Positions 58,816 to 64,000 of a stretch of DNA of 64,000 nt are shown in pieces. The position numbers and the translations under genes were made by a program. Within the stretch, counting starts at the first letter, position 1. Every line of letters begins with the position of its first letter. Location: NCBI RefSeq assembly GCF_009914755.1, contig NC_060933.1. One strand, given 5' to 3'. Below the pieces are notes generated by a model, which was not told the DNA's origin, did no database searches, and saw nothing but the letters and a program-made list of their open reading frames with translations. Source of the stretch: the human T2T-CHM13v2.0 reference genome, Homo sapiens.

Positions 58816-61800
58816 CAGATTGATGTCTATAAGGTAGTGCAGCCAGATACAGCAAATGCAAATTAGGATGATTTCAAAAGAGAGAGGACGGTTCTCCAGA
58901 GACCCGGGACCTGCCAGCAGGCCCAGCTCCCAGACAGGGCCAGCCTGTTGCACACAGAAACCGTGGACCTCCTCGTGAGGAACGGAGATGGAGGTGGCGA
59001 TGATCCTGCCTGTGTGTGAACACTGAGGTCAGGAGCCAAGGCTGCCCCACGATGTGGGGTTTGCCTGCTTGCCAGGTGCAGACCGAGGCCTGTGGGCCCC
59101 GAGGCCACCTTACGGCAGAGCCAGGAAGTGAGCACGGGTCGGGGCTGCGTGAGGTGGAGCTGGCCTGGAAGAGGTTTTCGCTAGGGCTCTTCTCCCAGTC
59201 TGCTGGCTGGGAGGTAAGCTGGCACATCAGAGGCGGATGTAATGATTGCCATTTTATGAATGAAGAACCTGGGGCCCAGAGAGGCTGAGTAACCTCACGA
59301 GGGACGCATAGCTTGGATGGAAACATGGCTCTGCTGAGCTACAGAAGCTGTGCTCTTGTCCACTCAGCCACACTGCCACCCTCAGTAGCCAGGGAATGTG
59401 GTGGACGAGGTGGCAGCCCTGGGAGCCTGGTTTGTTTTGGGGTCTCTGTCCCAGTCCCTGCCCAGCCTCCACCGGAGCTCCCTAGCTGGTGCAGCCTTCT
59501 TCCACCTCTGCCACCTGGGAAAACTGAGCTCAAGGGCAGAGGTGACTAGCTCGGTCCGGCAGGGACCCACTCCCACAGGCACGGACGGCTCCCCGAGGGC
59601 TGAGAGCGCCCAGAGCACAGGCGGTAACATCCAGCCCAGTGGGATGATGGCTCTGACACTGAGCTGCTGCTGAAACAACAGTCCTCCCCCAGGGCCCCGG
59701 GGCCGCAACCTCACTGCCTACGTGCGGCCCATCCCGAGCGTCCGGCGCTGCCTGAGCCTGACTTAAGGGAGTGGTATAGGAGTGACATTTGGGCAGTCTC
59801 AGGCCGTCTCCCATCACCCCAACACAAACATCCAGCCCTCAACATGCTTGTCACTTGCCCTCTTCTTACCACCCTGGTCCAGGCCTCCATCATTTCCCTT
59901 CCTCCCCAGCTTCCTGCCTGCAGGGCCCCCTCTCCAAGTCATTCCCCATGGTGCAGCCAGAGAGGGTCCCTAAAGGGCAGAGCCGACCATGTCCCTCCGG
60001 GCTCCCAGAGCCTGGTTCCTGTGGACTGCGGCGGAAAGCCCAACCACTGAGCAGGGCTTACAAGCCTGGCGGAATCGGACCCCACCTGACTCTCCAGCCT
60101 CCTCCTTCACTGATGAGGCCCGAGGGAAGGAGGAGGCACAGTCTCCATTTTCCAGCCCAAGACCTTCAGGCCCAGGGTTCCACAGCCAGAAAGCAGCAAA
60201 GCCGGGCTTTCAACTCTACCTCCACCAGCCCACTTCACCCCAGGGGCAACAGGATTCCTTCCCCTCTCCAGCAACCCCCAGCAAGCAGGGATTGGGCCAA
60301 GGCCTGCGGGAGGATTCAGCAACGGAGGGAGGGAGCTGGCAAACACTGAGGCCTTGGAACTCATCAAATCCCCTCTGGAGCAAATCCAGAAAGACTGAGA
60401 CACTGCAAGAAGTACCAGTGCCAAGTGTGGCAGCAGCTGGCAGAGAAGCCCCCCAGCCCCACCCTGGCCTCTGTAGGGTGGTCCCCAGGACCACATGCTC
60501 TTGGCATCCAAAAGCCTTTTGGCCAGGCTCACGGTTGCCCCGGTGTCCCATGTGCCAGCAGGGAAGGCAGGAGCACCCTCATTTTTGCAGATGGGGATGC
60601 GGAATGATGCACCCGTGGTCTGGCCTGGAAACCACTCTCTCTGCCACACAAATTGCCATTTTACCAACACACAGATCAGGACTTGCTACTCTGAAGAGGG
60701 AAGTGGCGGTAGGGCCAGGAGCGGAGTGGAGGACAGAACAAGGGCTCGGCTGCTGCTCTGCCTCCCCTCCTGCCCCGAGAGTTTAGAGTCAGAGGTAATT
60801 GACTGAGATGTAATACATCTCTCCCCTCCCGAGTGCTGTAATTATTCCTCGCTGGAGCCCGCTGCCATGAGGCTGCAGAGGCAGGCCCACGTGGCAGGAG
60901 CCAGAGGTCTCACTGCAGGAGTGGGTCTCCATGCTGTGAAGCCTCACCCAGAACCAGCACCAGAAAAGTCAGGAATATAGAGCCAGCCCCTAAATATACA
61001 AAACGGGGGTGATCATGTGAGTAGGGAGTAGGGTTGGCACGGACTGGGGGCTTGGACTCAGGTCAGTCCGAAGATTTCAAAACTGCTCTGCACTCCCTCA
61101 ATACCATGGCAAAAAGGGAGGAACTGCACTCCTCCCAGCTTTCCTACTCCATCCGGGGCTTAGATGAACAGAGCTGTAATGGCTCAGAGGGGGGACATGA
61201 AATGATCCACCCCACAATTTTGTACATGGGAGACTGAGGTCTAGAGAGGAAAGTGACTTGCCCAAGGTCACCCAAAAAGGTGGACAGAACTCGAGTCCCG
61301 ACTTCTCCATCTGTGCCCACCTTTCCCCAGGTGCCCTTGCTCATGTTTGCTGATGGTACTGGCATGACAGACGTGTGTTGGGGACTCCAGCCTCAAGGGT
61401 AGGAGGAGCTCTGTGGGGCTCCTTGCCCTACCTGCTGGAGAGGCGAGGGTGGAGAAGCTGCAACACCTCTGTGTGCCAGGATTCTGAGTGGTGTCAGCAC
61501 GTCCTGAGAGTCCAGCAATGCACCCTGGAGCTCCCACTCCCTCCCCATGCAAGTGGGGCACTGAGGCTGGGAGAGCCTGTGCATCCTTCCCAGACCCCCA
61601 GATCCTTCGGGAGCCATTTCCAAGCTTTCCGGCTGAGTCTAGACAAGCCGGCCCCATTGGAAACTCAGCTGATAGGGAAACCAAAACCCAGCTGGATCCA
61701 GGATACAAAGACTGCCCTGTGGGTCTTTTCATAGCATCGTGCAGATGCTCAACAAACTGCCAGCAAGTGCAAGTCCGAATGAACAAAACCCCACATTTCC

Positions 61801-63080
61801 TGGGCCCCCGAGCCTTAGGGTGAGATTTTTTCACAAGCTGCCAGCACCTAAGCTGTTTAGGAAGCTTGCAGTCAGTGCACCAAGAGTTAAAACCAGCCCT
61901 TGCCCAGCCCAGGAAGTGCTGGTTCTCACCTGCTCAGGTGGGTAGAGCCCTGGTCACCTCCACTTCACTCTCAATTCTATAAGAGGGAGAAGGTGGGAAG
62001 ATGGGCAAAGGTGCTTTCCCAGCAACCCTGAACTTTTTGGGGGTTGGTAATTACTGCTCTCCCCAGAAGCCCTGAAGAGCGTGAGTTGGCAGGGGCTGAG
62101 GGAAATGCAAGGGAGAAGGCTGGCAGGGTGGCCCGCTGGCTCTCCTGAGCTCCTGCTTACTGGGGAAGGTGCTAGGACGAATGCTGGGGCTCAGGCCTCA
62201 AGGATACTCCCCTTACCCTGCAGAAGGTTCCATGAACTTGACCCTTGAGTTTCTTGTCTCAGAGCCATCGGGGTTGCTACGGGACACACACTGGCAGGAC
62301 CACTTGTGCCCAGGCAGTCCGTGGCTGCGGGAGGACAGGACACGAGTGGGGTGAGACAGTGGAGCCCTGAGGACCCATGTTGAATATCTCTTGGGTTTTT
62401 GGTGTGTAGAGTCTTTTCTTTTCTGGCTGAGGAAACCTAGTGTCAGTTAGGCACCCCCCCACCTGTCAATGAAGCAGAGATTCCTAACAGACAAAGGTGT
62501 GAGGTGGTGGTGACAGAGGCCGGCGTGTTTGAGGCCATCTCCACCACTTCCCCACTCTGTGATCGTGGGCAAGAGACCAAACCTCTCGGAGACTCAGTTT
62601 CTGCATCTGTGAAATGGGGCCAATGCCCCTTTCTCGTGGGTGTTGGGTGAATGGGATGGGATGAAAATGCAGCACCGACTCTGGAAGAAGGCAAAGCTCA
62701 GCAAATGAAAAAGTCTTAGCTCCTGGCAGGGAGAGAAGGCGGCCAGGTTTCCAGAGGGCTCTTCTGGGAAACTTTCCCTCCCCACTGCCCCCTGCCCCCA
62801 GGCCACTGTTCCGAGGGAAATGAAGCCCCCCTTCCTAAAGTGGGTCCCCCACCTCTCCCTTAGGCCCTCGTGCCCACCTGGGTCTCAGTCTCCTCCTCGG
62901 GGATGCGCTTTGAGGGTGGAAGCCAGGGGATGGGTGACGCCAGCTGGGTCAGGGGACCTGGTGCGAGGCAGCCGGGGCAGGCTGCAGTGGGCACTCTGGA
63001 CGAGTGGGCACCTAGCTGGAGCTTTCCAGCCTGCGTCTTCTGCCCCACACCCCGTGACCCGCGGCCCGCTCGGCCCTTAC

Positions 63081-63400
63081 CTTGAAGCATGGGAACCGCG
63101 CTGCCCCGGCCGCGAGGACTTGGGCGCACGTGACGGGGCGGGCGGGCGTCCGACCCGGGCAGGGCGCAGCTAGCGGCGGCCGCTCATGCCCAGGCCACGG
63201 CGGTGGCGCCTGGTGTGGCTGGGCGGGCGAGGCGGGCGCTGAGAAGCCCGGGAGGCCCCCGGGGAGGCGACTGCGTGCCCAGGCGGGCACCCCTGCCAGC
63301 TCCGCGCTGCGGCCGCGACTCCGGACGCCCCGGCTGGCTCCCTGCGAGCTGCACGCGCGGCTCCAGCCTGGTCCCGAGCGCAGGGCGCGCGCTGGCGGGG
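63081..63400 (-). other. FAM163B: Probable non-coding first exon of FAM163B (TSS approximate)
   Basis: Strong AAG|gtaagg donor at 63081/63080 on - strand inside a CpG island oriented toward FAM163B. Confidence 0.7.
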
Positions 63401-63482
63401 AGGGCGCGCGCCCGAGCCTGGCGGGGAGCGCGCGTCACCGGCCCGCGCGCGCAGTCGTCGGGGGATGCCGGGAGCGGCCTGG

Positions 63483-63503
63483 GGAGCTGTCCCTGGTGCT
63501 GAC
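63483..63503 (-). promoter_or_regulatory. RE1/NRSE (REST binding site) GTCAGCACCAGGGACAGCTCC
   Basis: 18/21 match to consensus TTCAGCACCACGGACAGCGCC; both half-sites intact with canonical 2-bp spacer. Confidence 0.85.
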
Positions 63504-63639
63504 GGCTCGTCCGCTCTCGCCCGGGACGCGCGACCTCCTGGAGGCCTGGGGGTGCCCCCACCCTGGCCGGCGCCCTGCGGTGCTCCCTCCGCTCTCCGCC
63601 TGTTCTCGGGGCGTTCCGGCTTCCACAACGTTGGGATCT

Positions 63640-63830
63640 GGAGTCAGGCCGAAGCTGCTGCTTATCCGCAGTAGGGCAAGTCCCTTACCCTGGTTGAGCG
63701 GCTGGTTCTTATCTTTAAAATGGGGAGTTAACGCCAGCACCTTTAGGGTTGGTCTGAGAATGAAATCCGATGATGTTTCGAGGCCCGGCACACCATAAGT
63801 ATTTAATAAATGCTCGCCTTTGTTACTATT
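63640..63830 (+). mobile_element. MIR fragment
   Basis: gggcaagtcccttacc...atctttaaaatgggg...gggttggtctgagaatgaaat...aataaatgc. Confidence 0.65.
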
Positions 63831-64000
63831 TATTTCCCTTCTCTGAGTTAGCAACCCCGGAGCAACTGAGAGGAGGAGCAAGGCTTACTCTGCTCCTGGT
63901 GAGTGGCTGTTTGGGGCATGGCGGCTGCCTTTGGATCTCTCCCACATCCACGGGGAAGGGGAGCAGATCCCTTCTCCCTGACCCCAAAGCACAGAGCTAA

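Larger units (their letters stand above)
63040..63630. promoter_or_regulatory. CpG island / FAM163B promoter with GC boxes and USF-type E-box (GTCACGTG, 63127-63134)
   Basis: Very high GC and CpG density versus flanks; GGGGCGGGCGGGCG at 63135. Confidence 0.85.

Noticed and set aside
59989-60786. 265-aa ORF
   Set aside because: GTG start, no recognisable domain or exon structure; expected by chance in GC-rich DNA
63012-63881. ORFs over the CpG island (up to 238 aa)
   Set aside because: Stop-codon depletion at very high GC; no coding signature

Overview
GC-rich human (primate) genomic DNA, recognisable as the ADAMTSL2 / FAM163B locus (chr9q34 from prior knowledge of these genes). On the + strand are the last ten coding exons of ADAMTSL2 (6384-26849). 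All have GT-AG junctions with consistent phases and total 1917 nt, encoding the end of the spacer, the N-glycan-rich module, six TSRs and the PLAC domain; AATAAA lies at 27477. On the - strand is FAM163B (166 aa, N-terminal TM segment), with CDS exons at 32128-32220 and 31019-31426, a probable non-coding first exon in the CpG island at about 63.1-63.4 kb, and AATAAA at 29087-29092, tail-to-tail with ADAMTSL2. The introns hold a decayed ERV-L provirus (both LTRs, tRNA-Leu PBS, RT/RNaseH/IN/dUTPase relics), six full-length Alus (one AluYa5) plus a FLAM-type monomer, L1/L2/MIR/MER fragments, a 45-bp CpG-rich VNTR, a 0.93-kb (GA)n tract, a 2.2-kb 17-bp VNTR and a 0.87-kb TG tract. The most notable observation is the translational architecture of the predicted FAM163B mRNA. 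A junction-spanning uORF ends in a UGAUG stop-start overlap with an out-of-frame AUG. That AUG has a better Kozak context than the annotated start and opens a 229-codon ORF covering the whole FAM163B CDS. Also noted: a near-perfect RE1/NRSE in the FAM163B promoter, a 270-bp inverted duplication, a duplicated copy of the exon-18 donor region, and a cryptic 15-bp-periodic array. Exon numbers are from memory of the 951-aa ADAMTSL2; identities and copy numbers were estimated by eye.
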